From Haliotis rubra (Eukaryota): a stretch of DNA of 64,000 bases. The DNA lies in assembly GCF_003918875.1 (NCBI RefSeq), contig NW_025767503.1, forward strand, positions 248,001 through 312,000. Direction: 5' to 3'. Of this stretch, positions 24,690-37,375 are shown piece after piece (within the stretch, counting starts at the first letter, position 1; each line of letters starts with the position of its first letter). Both the position numbers and the translations under genes were made by a program. The notes under the pieces are model-generated. The model worked only from the letters and a program-made list of their open reading frames with translations, made no database searches and was not told where the DNA came from.

Positions 24690-24885
24690 TGAGAAAGAAT
24701 ATTTTTGGATCGGACGATGGACAAGCTCTTTGATGACGATGTCATCTCTAGGTATAGAATGCCAAGGACAGCTGTTTTTGACATTCTGAATGAAATAAGA
24801 CCACATATTGAACGCTCCACTAAGCACCTCAATGCACACACGCCATTAACACAGCTATTATTAAAGCTTCGTTTTCTGAGCCAAG
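24690..24885 (+). mobile_element. Harbinger/HARBI1-like transposase N-terminal fragment
   Basis: ERIFLDRTMDKLFDDDVISRYRMPRTAVFDILNEIRPHIERSTKHLNAHTPLTQLLLKLRFL resembles the Harbinger N-terminus (RxFxDR...RYR...T.R..A....QLL.ALRF). Truncated. Confidence 0.7.
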
Positions 24886-26297
24886 GAGTGGGGAGACTGG
24901 TGTTGTGACGGAGATTAGAGATCGAGTTTCTTATTCCATCGTATCAAAATCCTTCCACGGGATCATTGAGCAAAAATATGGAGACGAGAGAGAATCGCTT
25001 GACGGCAAGAACTAAATAACTTACATATTTCAGTACATTCTATATTTAAAGGCTGTAAGTGTATCCTCCCGCTATTTCCATGTAATGAGAGGACTCCAAA
25101 TACTAAACCTGACATCTGACTAGATAATACAATATGAGATGTTCACGATATGCAATGAAATGCATTCTCTCTAAAGAAAATTCATATCCGAAATTTGTGC
25201 AAAATAGTTTAAGCCAAACTAAATCTGCCTTAATGTCTAAGTGAGATGGCAGTCACGAAGTGAAAGAAGCCGGTGCTTATCCTGCGTGGAAATGTCGCAG
25301 TGTAGTTGATCCAAATATATGGTGTCATCAAAACTTGAATCTCAGCAAACTTTTGTGACATTTAATGGACGCTGTTGTACTGATGCCGGGAGTAGGTGAG
25401 TTCACATTTATCAGTCACAGTGTAACTGGTTGTATTATGTCCTCATCGGGCCTGTGAGAAAGCTTCGACTACCATATGTGACTATTCCACAATGGAGGTG
25501 TGAACATTCCGGGTAACAATACTAAAACAGAAAAAATATCACAAAAGTCCATAAAAACTACTATAAAACAATACATAGGAAACTACTCAGGTGAAACGAT
25601 CAAGTGTTATTTGTACAATTGGTTTTTTTTTATGTATAAACCTATATATATACATCGACATGTTACCGATTTACCGTAACATGACTGAAATTTATTTTCC
25701 CAGAATATTAAGGGCCCACAATCATTACATATGACAGTATCATATACTATGCAAGAAAGGAATACAAGAGTTGAAAGGTTGGATATATATGACGGAATTT
25801 TACTGATATTCATACAGAATGAATACCAAATATGAATTTCTCATGACTGAATGTGTCAGGAATGATTTGTGCCGGTAGAAACGCGACGCAGCCATGAACA
25901 CTAACATGAAAGGAGCGTGCACCATGGAATGTTCATTGTATGTTGTCCATTTAGTGACTACACCTTACCACACTAAGCCGACCAGTGTTTCCAGGGAAAT
26001 GTCTGTAGTTCTACTTCACTGTTAGTGACTCTCTGTCTCAAAACTAATACTGACCTACCTCCTGATTCATGAATCAAACACAACCTTCTTGCCATACATC
26101 TTACAGTAAATATACCACAGAGTAATATAGCCACCACCTAGCGCACATATAGACGCACACACGCACGCACATACATGCACGCACACACACACGCACGCAC
26201 GCGCGCACACACGCACACACACAGACTCACATACATACACACTCACGCGCACATATATACTCACACACATGCACGCACATACGTGCACACACGCACA

Positions 26298-26675
26298 TGG
26301 GGAACGGTGGGCGAGCTGGCTAAGGCGCCAGGATAGTGATCCAGCGAGGTTGAAGTGTCGGGATCGAGCCCACATGTGACTGCGTGTAAAAACCTTGGAG
26401 TCAACTTTGTGTGCAGATTCTTTCAGTGTTGTGCAAACTACTATGACTATGTGTCCCAGTCCACCCAGCTGTGAATTGGTACCTCGTTAGAATGAGCAAG
26501 CCATAATAACTCGTTGCGCCTAGTGGATGCAAGAGTTGTATATTCCCCATGGAGTTGAGATTCATAATACGATGTGCCATTGAGATTGACATCCAATGAT
26601 CGAGGGAAAAAATATCAGCGCCTTGAGCATGCACTATAGTTGCCTGGATATGTGCGCTATATAAATATCCTATAA
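26298..26675 (+). mobile_element. SINE family C, internally deleted copy
   Basis: Collinear with 22472-23002; flanked by degenerate CA-rich microsatellites (about 26140-26297 and 26690-27017). Confidence 0.85.
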
Positions 26676-27260
26676 TCCTATAATATACGCGCGTACATAT
26701 ACACGCATTCACACACACACGCACGTACATATACATGCATACACGCTCTCACACACGCACATATACATGCACTCTCACACACACTCACACACACTCACAT
26801 ATACACGCACTCACAAACACGCACACACACACGCACATATGCATGCACTCACACACACGCACGCACATATACATGCACACACGCATATATACACGCACTC
26901 ACAAACACGCACATATGCATTCACCCACACACGCATATATACATGCACACACGCACTCTCACACGCACCCACATACACACACGCACACACATATGCATGC
27001 ACTCGCACACAAACGTACATAACTGACACGGGGTTGTAGAGCGGCCCCCACTCGCTTATACTGAACTCAAAATTCACATAGTATGTCAATTTTAATGCAA
27101 CTTAGGTGTTGTGTTCAATGTGGAGGTTTTCAGTGTGCGTGCGTGCGTGTGTGTGTGTGAATTGTGTTTTGTTTTTGTTCTTTCGTTTGTTTGTTTTTGT
27201 TTGTGTTTATGTCCAGTTCAGATTTTCTTTCTTTTTAAGAAACAACAGACGGCAAAGAAG

Positions 27261-30200
27261 ATGGACATTGCCATCATTGGCGTGGGATGTCGATTTCCCG
27301 GGGCTTCCTGTCTCAGGGAATTCTGGAAAGTCTTGGTGAAGGGAGAAAACCACGTAACAGACATTCCGCCAGACAGATGGAACAAGGACAGTTTCTATGA
27401 CCCGGATGTAACAGCCATGGGCAAGTTCTACTCTAAAAAAAGCGGGATTCATAAAGAAGTAAGTCTATAGCTTGTCTGTATGATCCTTCTACGAACCAAG
27501 ATGATAGTAACTTTAAACGCGGAGCGAGTTCGTGGTTGTTGAGATATTCTCCTTGTTTTATTCGTAATCAAAATACAAATACAGAATCCAAATTTGTTAG
27601 CTTCTTTGATTAGCATTGAGTGTTTAAATTTTGTTATTCCAGTTATGCAGACTTTGACAACAAACTGTTCGGTATCAGCGAGAGCGAGGCTGCCCAGATT
27701 GACCCCCAGCAGCGCCAGGTGTTGGAGTGCACGTACATGGCGCTGGAGGACGCCGGCGTCACCAGACAACATATAGCAGGACAGAACGTCGGAGTCTACA
27801 TAGGTAAGTCATGTAGCCATCACTCTGCAGGTAGATTACTAACATCGCATATTGCAACCCAGCTAACAAAACACCAGACGGGTATTTATACTTTAAAAGA
27901 TAAGGAGCGCCACACTTTCAGGTTACATTCTGTTCTGGTAAAACATACTCCCAATATTTGTTGTTTAGTTAGACGAGATCATGAGGAATTGGAGGGAAAT
28001 CCACACATGTTTTAATGGGCAGTGGGGTAGTCTTGAAGACACCATAACAAACAGTTCGATATATATAGGGGTAAAGACCCGTGCAGATCCGGGTTACAAC
28101 TGATCTTCAGTAACACATGCTTGATGCTTGTCGTAAAAGGCGACTAACGGGATCGGGTTGTCAGGCTCACTGACTCACAACACACAGTTTAATATCCATA
28201 GGGGTAAAATGTGTGAAGCCCGTTCTATTCCCAGTTGTTGTGAGGTGCGGTCTTTTTCTAAAATGTGGAAATGTTTGAAGCCCATTTCTGGTGTCCCCCG
28301 CCGTGATGTTGCTGGAATATTACTAAAAGCGGCTTAAAACCAAACTCAGTCAGTCAGTCTAAAATGTGGAGTAAATCTAATCTCGCTCACTCTGAGAGGA
28401 CACGAGTGATGACTGGTGTCTGTCTATAAGATACTCATTTACCTACCACCAGGTGCCATGAACAGCGACTTCACCGTGAGGATGACTGCCAACTCTCACG
28501 AGATCGACCACTACTCTGTTGCTGGTCTCGCAGGAAGTGTGTTAGCCAATCGTGTGTCCTACGTGTACAACCTGTCCGGACCCTCCATGGTAGTGGACAC
28601 AGCCTGTTCCTCGTCTCTGGTGGCCATACACCAGGCAAGCCTGGCCCTCCGAGCAGGTGCGTGTACATCCCGTCTCAGTAATACTTCTGTTATATTTACA
28701 ACTGGCTACCCCATATATCTTACATTCTCTTTTAAATATACCCATATGTTGGAATGCAAATGCAACGTATCAGTACATCTAGATGTCTACCTTTTCTCTG
28801 CCATGTAAAAGGTAGCTAAACAATATCTAGACATTTCATTTGTGTCTCACGCATCACAATCCTCATGTGTTGTCCAGGGGACTGTGAGATGGCGCTCTGT
28901 GGGGGCGTGAACCTGCTGCTGCACCCCACAGTGTTTGTCCCCCTCAGCAAGGCCCGGATGCTGTCCCCCAGTGGCCAGTGCCACGCCTTCTCCTCTAACG
29001 CAGACGGGTACACGAGGGGAGAGGGGTGTGGGATCGTCCTCCTCAAACCACTAGCACAGGTGAGCAAGTTTGGTATCGCGCTGCTTTCAGTTTATCAGGG
29101 CGTGTCTGCCTGATGTTGGATCATTTCTACCGGGATGAGACACGAGCACTAACACAGGAACATAATTTGCAAATGAAATCATACGTTTCTGCCACGCCTA
29201 AGGGACGCAACTCTGTATGGCGAATTGCGGCGTGTTTGAAGACTTGAGTATTCATGCCTCCAAGCTGAGGTACCCTACTCCAGTTTGTCTGGGTATTATC
29301 AACAGTAAGAACCAGAGTCTATATTGTGAAACCGAGTCACATAGTGAGATCAAACACTGTTTCATATTATGTATGTGTTATTTGGAATCAGATTAAGTGA
29401 GTAGTGTGTGTCCATGTTGAAGGCACTTCATGATGGTGACAACATTTGGGCGACGATATCTACTGGTGTAAACCAAGATGGTCGAGCGGCCCAGCCCATC
29501 ACAGCGCCATCTGGTAGCCAGCAGCTTCAGCTGCTCCAAGACCTCTACAGGGCGCATGATGTTGACCCTTACGCCGTCGAATACATTGAGGCCCACGGTA
29601 AGTCTTTGTGTGTTTGTGTTACACTATATTCTCATGGCGTTCGTTTATCTGTCAATGATCAGTGTACAGATACAGATTAGATACATAGTATGTATTCCTG
29701 AAAATATAACAGTTGATTTAATGTTTAAGGCCACTAAATTGCAATAATTTCGGAGGTTCAAATAGTCAGCTCCGAATCAATCTGATCTGATTATGTTTCA
29801 CAGGTACTGGCACCAAACTAGGCGACCCTATCGAGGTCAACGCGTTTGGAGAATTCTTTACCTCTGATGGGAATCCAAGAACACGTTACCTGGGTTCTGT
29901 AAAGACCAACATCGGCCACCTGGAACCAGCAGCAGGGGTGGCTGGTCTTATCAAGGTCCTGCTAATGATGAAACACAACACAGTCGTACCATCTCTTCAC
30001 TTCGACAAGCCAAACGAACATATAGACTTTGAAAAGTTTCGGTTTATCATTCCACAAGAACCTTCACAATGGACATCAGTTGCGAAAGTAGCTTGCCTCA
30101 ATTCATTTGGTTTTGGCGGAACTAATAGTCATGCAGTTTTACATAGTTACAATAAACCACCACGTGCCAGCAGGCCCATCTTGGGGGCTTCACATATTGT

Positions 30201-33200
30201 ATGTTTTTCAGGCAGCACCTCAGAGTCACTGAAGAAAAGTCTTGAGAACTTTCTTTCTTGTGATGATCTCACAGACGATGACCTGCCAGCATTGTCCTAC
30301 ACATCGACAGTCAGAAGGGAACATTTCCCGCATAGAAAGGCATTTGTTGTGAAGACTATTAGTGACTTGAAACAGCAAGCACAAATAATACTGAAGAGCA
30401 GAGACGTCCTTGACATTAACGCAAGCAAGTTGAAGATCATCTTCGTCTTTTGTGGGATGGGCACTGCTTGGCCAGGTATGTGTGATGGCTTCATGAAAAA
30501 CAACAAAACTTTCAGCAAAACAATCAACATGATTAATGCGTCTTTGCAAAGATTCGTCTCCTGGTCATTGACAGAGAGGCTCAGAAACGGTTATGACGTA
30601 CAAGAACCTCATTTCGGCCCAATCGCCATATTTGCTTGTCAGGTCGCTCTTGCCAAACAGTGGGAGTCCTGGGGAGTAAGCCCAGCCGCTGTTGTCGGTC
30701 AGTCAGTAGGGGAGGTGGCTGCAGCACACGTTGCTGGTATCCTGTCACTGGATGAAGCTGTGAGGGTCATCTTTCACAGGACACGAATCCTGGCTGAAGC
30801 CACAGGAGGTAAGATGGTTCTTGTCAGAAACCTTAAGACAGAGAAGGTACAAGACATTTGTGAAGAAGTTGCAAGCGTGAATATTGCAATTCGTTACAGC
30901 CCTGTGTCGTGTACAGTTAGTGGTGACTCTGCTGCCGTGGATGAGGTGAAGTCACGTCTTCAGTTGTCTCACAGTGATCTTATGATGACTGATCTCCCTG
31001 TCAGTGCCGCATACCACAGCCACCACATGGACCGATGCAAGCTGCAGTTAGACAACATACTTGCAGACCTGAAACCCTTACCAGCGAGAATACCTATGAT
31101 GTCAACAGCTGCTTCTCACTCCACAGAGGAAGATGTCACATCATCTGAATACTGGGGTACGAATGTTCGAAATCCTGTTCAGTTTGCTTCAGGAATACAA
31201 AATTCTACCTCTGACAATCATCTCAATGCATTTATAGAAATTGGTCCAAAGCCAGTATTGAAAGCTCACATGGGTGACATTTTTCAGGAAAGTACATCAT
31301 CGTGCATATGCCTTCCTTCCTTGACAGTCAAGTTTAGAGAAAAGACGATCCTGGGGACCCTCTCCGAGCTGTACCAGATGGCCATGAACATAAACTGGCA
31401 GGAGCTGTTTAACCACACAGAACCCCCAACACCAGTCCCGAGTTATGCCTTCTTTCACAAGCACCTAATGATCTTGCCTCCTATTACAGAGGAAGAAGTG
31501 TTTGGATCTAATGGAAACTCTGGAAGTCATCTCTTTGTAAAACTGTCACCTTCCACAGCCAAGTGCATACTGAACATCAGACCATCTACCTTTGGAACTG
31601 TCTATGAACACAAGGTCAAGGACATTATTGTCGTCCCAGGAGCAACCTATGTGGAAGCGGGGTTTGGAATCGCAAGATCAATGAATATTGCTGATGTTAG
31701 ACATCTAGTGGTATCTGTCAGCTTTCTGAATCCAGTAACTCTGAAAAAAGACATGTCTGTTCAATTGGATGCTGATATTGAGGATCAAAGCCAAACTACA
31801 AATGACTGCACCAAAGAATTCACCATCCAAAGTACAGGTGATGTCATTGCAAAGGGGAGAATATGGGCGTGTCACGGTGAACTTCAAGAGGAACGGATGG
31901 ACATAGAGGCCATAGAGGAGAGATGTACCCAAACAATCACCGGCGAAGAAGTGTATCAAATTCTGCAATATTCTGGATTTACATATGGAACTAACTTTGC
32001 AACCATACAATATGCATCAAGGGGGAAATCTGAGAGTCTCACAAGCTTAGCAGTCGGACAAAAGCTGAGAGAGGAGATGACCAACACTGTTATTCATCCT
32101 GCAATACTCGATGGAATGCTGCAGTCGGCAGCTGCATTCGACATGCAAGAAAGGGAATTTCTCCCAGTCGAGCTCAAGAATGTAATCGTCAGACATTCAA
32201 TGGAAACAGAAATGTTTGTTTATACAAGAATGACAGACAGCAACGGTTCCCACACATCCTTTACCTTAACACTTCTTTCACCCAATGGAACAATCATAGC
32301 AAATGTTGAAAGATTCACAACAAAATTTATAGGGTCAGATACTTTTGATATTCACAAAGCGACATTCAAAACAAGCTTGGTTTTGTTGGATTCTTTTGAC
32401 GTCTCACAGAACAGTGTTGATACTGGAACTGTCATCTTCACCAACGTAGATCTAACCAGTTTAGAACTAGCTTGTGTCATACATGAATTGGATCACATGG
32501 GTGTTGAAGGCACAAGACACGCTCTTGACTCTGTCATACACAACATCAAGCAAATCTGTTTCGTCTTTGCGGTAACTGACCTCCAAACTGACAGAGGAAA
32601 ACCCTGCAAAAGAACTCACAAGTAGGATTATGTCCTTGAGACTCATTGCCCTTTACCTAGCCAGTAGAGGAGTGTCTATTCCTCTGGTGATAATTTCAGA
32701 AATACAAAACAGTGGAGAAAATGTTGCAAGTGGCTGTCTCAGTGAAGCTGTCAAAGGTTTCATCAGGTGTGTCTTAAGGGAGTACAGATCTCTTCACATT
32801 CAGCTTGTGGATGTTCTAGTTGACAATGACAGGAACTTCTTAGAAAGGCTTCCAGGGATATTATCACAATGCAGATCTGAAGATTTCAAAAGGTACCCTG
32901 AGATAGGTCTCCACAATGATAAAGTCTACATGCACACAATTCTGTCACACCCAAGCCTGCAACCACTGTTTCGATCAGTTACAATGGATGAACGCTCTGA
33001 GGGTATGCTCTGCACAAGATCAAAGACATCAATAGTCAGTCCGTTTTTCTACCCCAAACAAAAGACAGCTACATCCATGAAAGATATGAGTGATATAGTG
33101 GTGACTTCTGTGGTTGTGCATAGCCCCATGCTGCATGGACTTCGCAGTGGGTGCCCTGCAGGATCCACGGCCAATATACACCCAATTCTGTGTCTTGAAA

Positions 33201-36200
33201 CAAATGGTAAATTGTCAGTCGGATCCAGACGTAGCCATCCTGATGTAATAACCCTCTTTCCTTCAAATGTTTGCAAGACTATCCAGGTTCCAAAGTGCTG
33301 CACCATAGACGTAGAACAGGTGCCTGGTTATGTTCCGGGTCATCTTACTATACTGTATCTGATGTGGAGTTTGTCCATTAATACAGCAAGGAACAATGTA
33401 GTCATTTTGTACACAAACAGCACTAAGCCATTTGCAAATGCAATGTCACATTTGTTTCTTTCACAAGGGACAAAGAATGTGTCATTAGTCAAGCCAAACG
33501 ATACTGTACAGCAAAGAAGTGACTCTGTAACTTTGATTTCGACAGTTTTATTGACAGAAGTGGAAGCCAAAAGACTCTTGACATCGTTCACAAATGTACA
33601 GAAAATAATTTGCTTTGAACCTATCACTAGACGATCTGTCCTGGAGTACCTACTTGGAGCTTTGCAAAACCTGCAACTTCATGTCATACGATCATTTGAA
33701 ATATTTTCTCCAAGGGTAATGACTGCAACAGTACCCAAAATGATTAAATGGATAAAATCCCACAGTAAGACGGTGCTCAAAATATGTCACAGCTTCAGTG
33801 ACATCGTGGTATCAAAGCAACAAGAAACAACCACCCCACTTAACATTTCAGAAGTTCTTAATAGCACCGTGTTGTCCTTGTCTTCAGATAGCAACTTGGA
33901 CATGAATTCTATGATGACACCAAGTTCCCACCTGTTCCAGCAGACAGGTTCCTATCTGGTTGTGGGAGGTCTCACAGGACTGGGATGGGAATGTGTGACA
34001 TTCCTTGCAGCAAGAGGAGCTGGATGTGTGGTCATTCTGAGTAGACGTAAGCCTAATCCTGAACGACAAGCAGATATGGACCATCTATCTCAGCAACATA
34101 ACTGCTACGTAACATCCATTCAAGCTGACGTCACAGTCTACAAGGATCTGGAATCAGCTATATCAAAGGTAAAGACACATTTGAAACCTCTCAAGGGTGT
34201 ATTCTACGGTGCAGCTGTTTTACAGGATGCTTCCCTCTCTGAGATGACAAAGGAAAAACTCGTCACAGCTATGTCTCCAAAGGTAACAGGTGCTTGGAAT
34301 CTTCATATCCTGACTGCAGATCTTCCTCTTGATTTCTTTGTCCTGCATTCTTCTGGTGCAGCTGTTCTGGGGAATGCTGGTCAGTCAAACTATGGAGCTG
34401 GTAATGGATTCTTGGACGGATTGGCAGTGTACAGGAGGCAGCGTGGAAAGAGTGGCCAGAGCATCAATTGGGGACCTCTCGACCTTGGGATGCTAGAGAA
34501 CAAGGGATCTGTTCTGAGGAAGTTGGAGAGTCAAGGATACATGGTCATTGGTAGGAAGGACATAAGTCAGTGCCTGTCACACATGCTAATGCTGAACGAG
34601 CCCCAAGCCTTGATGTGTAGAATAGACAGACAGAAAATGGCAGAACAATTACAGAGGGATAAGGAAACAACCCTAATGGTACGACTTAAGACATATTTGG
34701 AACCTGCCATGAAGATCATAAATCAAAAGGCAACATCGGAAGGGGGCAAATGTTCTTTCAGTGTTGACAGACTACAGACTTGCACAGAGGAGGAGGGGCT
34801 GCAGATGTTGCGGGAATATGTAAAACAGCTTGTGTGTGATAAGGCTTTGTTGGATATAAAGAGTTTTCAGCTGGACGCCAACATGAAGGATCAAGGGGTG
34901 GACTCAATGTATGCCATGGAAATTACAGGCGGAATCTTGTCAGACATTGGAGTAAAGCTGTCCACTCACGAAATCCAGCTACAATCAACATGCAGCATTG
35001 CCAGAAGAATACTGGACTTACTGTCAGGTAAAGGGGAGGAACAGACGCAAGCCTATGACATGGAGTCCGTCATAACTAAACAAGCAATAAGCATGTCAAT
35101 TGCAAGGTCAGTTTGTGGACTGAAGACAAACTGTGATCACAACATGGGTTTTGTAATCGTCAGTACCATTTCTGTACCAGATGTGGTAAATATATCAACA
35201 TTGATAGCTGTGGCAAAAGAGTGTGTGTCGCGCCATCAGGTCACAAGAACCTCTTACATTCTTAGCCATGACAAAGTCTCCACAAACATGTTGCCTCTGG
35301 AGGATGCCTTGGACTTCCGTGTACTGTCCGGAGAAGACCTGTCCGAGGTCAGGAAACACACAGAGGAGCCAATGCATCTTCAGCACAAGAGCCCTTTACG
35401 ATTCATATTTCTTACAAGGTCCCTACAGCTCAGAATGATTTTCCACAGACTTGCATTTGATTTGAAAGCCATCACAATCTTTGTGAAGGAACTTGAAAGC
35501 ATGGCCAATGCAGCACAGCTGGGTAAACCCCTGGAAGATGTTGTAACTGATCTAGATGAGGATATTGCGAAGGAAATCCAGAAAGTTCTTGCTCCGGACT
35601 TCAAGAGAGTAAACCAGTTTTGGAAGACAAAGACAAAGTACATACCTTACAACAGTCTATCGAAAGGGTCAGTTATACACAACGTACAAACTGGTCACAT
35701 CTTCCTCACAAGACCAGTAAACAATCACCTGTACACAAAAATCATGAAATACGTAAAGGACAGAGGCCTCACTCCTTTTGATTATCTTGCTAGTATCTAC
35801 CAGCTGTTTCTTGCCTTTGTCAGCAGCAAAACAACATCAACCATCACGACCTCTGTTGACCTTCGTGGCCTGGTTCCTGCTCTGACTAGAACGCTGGGGA
35901 GATGCACGAACTTCATTCCCCTGATCTGCCAAATACCAGAGGACACCACTACAGTGGAAGAGTTCCTGAAGCTTAACAAGAAGACTATACAACACTTCAC
36001 CCAGTATGCAATATATCCGTCAGAAGAAATCAAAAAGCTGGTTCCCGAGGACCAAAACCTTGGTACAAACTACTTCATATATGAAACTGATATCATCACC
36101 AATACATCTAACCAGTTGACAATAGACATGCCAGTCATCTTTGATTCCTCCACTGAAACATTCATGTACATTTGGCAGAGGAAGGAGACGAGGCTCATGG

Positions 36201-36400
36201 AGATGAGATTTCATCTCAGGAAGGATCTGTTCACTGTCTCCAGGGCAGAGGTCCTTGTCAAGGCATTCCTAGGTCTAGTGGAAGATTCTTTGAACTTCCC
36301 TGGATCAACTGTAGGGCATCTAAGACAACAAAAGTACATGACCTTGGACGAAAGGAGTTCCAAGAAACATGTCCTATCAGCATTGTGCTCTCTGATGTAG
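27261..36400 (+). CDS. Animal type I polyketide synthase, KS-AT-DH-psiKR-degenerate ER-KR-ACP-C, about 2,504 aa; exons 27261-27458, 27643-27803, 28453-28656, 28878-29059, 29423-29597, 29804-36400; two +1 frameshifts in this assembly
   Basis: KS: [25 protein letters not shown] (Cys codon 28605), [39 protein letters not shown]: GQSVG (Ser codon 30703), AYHS. DH: [23 protein letters not shown]: [22 protein letters not shown]: GVDSM (Ser codon 34904). C-like: [17 protein letters not shown]. Five GT-AG introns; corrected length 7,515 nt is divisible by 3. Confidence 0.93.
28270..28358 (+). mobile_element. SINE family A 3' part in PKS intron 2 (a family B 5' fragment lies at about 28075-28175)
   Basis: GAAGCCCATTTCTGGTGTCCCCCGCCGTGATGTTGCTGGAATATT...AAACTCAGTCAGTCAGTC. 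Confidence 0.8.
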
Positions 36401-37375
36401 CGCTGTAACATCCACCTCTGGTGGTGCACGATTAACTTGGTCTTCCATCATTGTGCTCTCTGATGTAGCCCTATAACATCCACCTCTGGTGGTGCACGAT
36501 TAACATGGTCTTCCATCAGTGTGCTCTCTGATGTAGTGCTGTAACATCCACCTCTGGTGGTGCACGATTAACATGTCCTATCAGCATTGTGCTCTCTGAT
36601 GTAGCACTGTAACATCCAGCTCTGGTGGTGCACAATTACCGTAACATGGTTTTCCATCAGTGTGCTCTCTGATGTAGCTCTATAACATCCACCTCTGGTG
36701 GTGCACGATTAACATGGTCTTCCATCAGTGTGCTCTCTGATGTAGCCCTAAAACATCCACCTCTGGTGGTGCGAGATTAACATGGTTTTCCATCAGTGTG
36801 CTCTCTGCTGTGGTGCTGTAACATCCACCTCTGGTGGTGCACGATTAACATGGTCTTCCATCAGTGTGCTCTCTGATGTAGCACTGTAACATCCACCTCT
36901 GGTGGTGCACGATTAACATGGTCTTCCATCAGTGTGCTCTCTGATGTAGCACTATAACATCCACCTCTGGTGGTGCACGATTAACATGGTCTTCCATCAG
37001 TGTGCTCTCTGATGTAGCTCTGTAACATCCACCTCTGGTGGTGCACGATTAACATGGTCTTCCATCAGTGTGCTCTCTGATGTAGCACTGTAACATCCAC
37101 CTCTGGTGGTGCACGATTAACATGGTCTTCCATCAGTGTGCTCTCTGATGTAGCTCTGTAACATCCACCTCTGGTGGTGCACGATGGTCTTTAACATGGT
37201 CTTCCATCAGTGTGCTCTCTGATGTAGCACTATAACATCCACCTCTGGTGGTGCACGATTAACATGGTCTTCCATCAGTGTGCTCTCTCATGTAGCTCTG
37301 TAACATCCACCTCTGGTGGTGCACGATTAATTTGGTCTTCCATCAGTGTGCTCTCTGATGTAGCTCTGTAACATC
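36367..37375. repeat. Minisatellite, 68-bp unit, about 15 copies, starting inside the last PKS codons
   Basis: Unit CATCAGTGTGCTCTCTGATGTAGCACTGTAACATCCACCTCTGGTGGTGCACGATTAACATGGTCTTC. Confidence 0.95.

Noticed and set aside
32576-32632. Programmed ribosomal frameshift or a deliberately split two-gene PKS
   Set aside because: No canonical slippery heptamer seen, and similar +1 indels occur in PKS exon 1 and in GTF2E1, so assembly error is simpler.
27261-36400. Bacterial contamination, or ordinary fatty acid synthase
   Set aside because: Five GT-AG introns with host SINE fragments and contiguity with host genes rule out contamination. The degenerate ER, missing thioesterase and terminal C-like domain do not fit FAS.
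30226-36429. Antisense ORFs over the PKS (similar ones overlap Schlafen and Tc1)
   Set aside because: Shadow ORFs of real coding sequence with no independent motifs.
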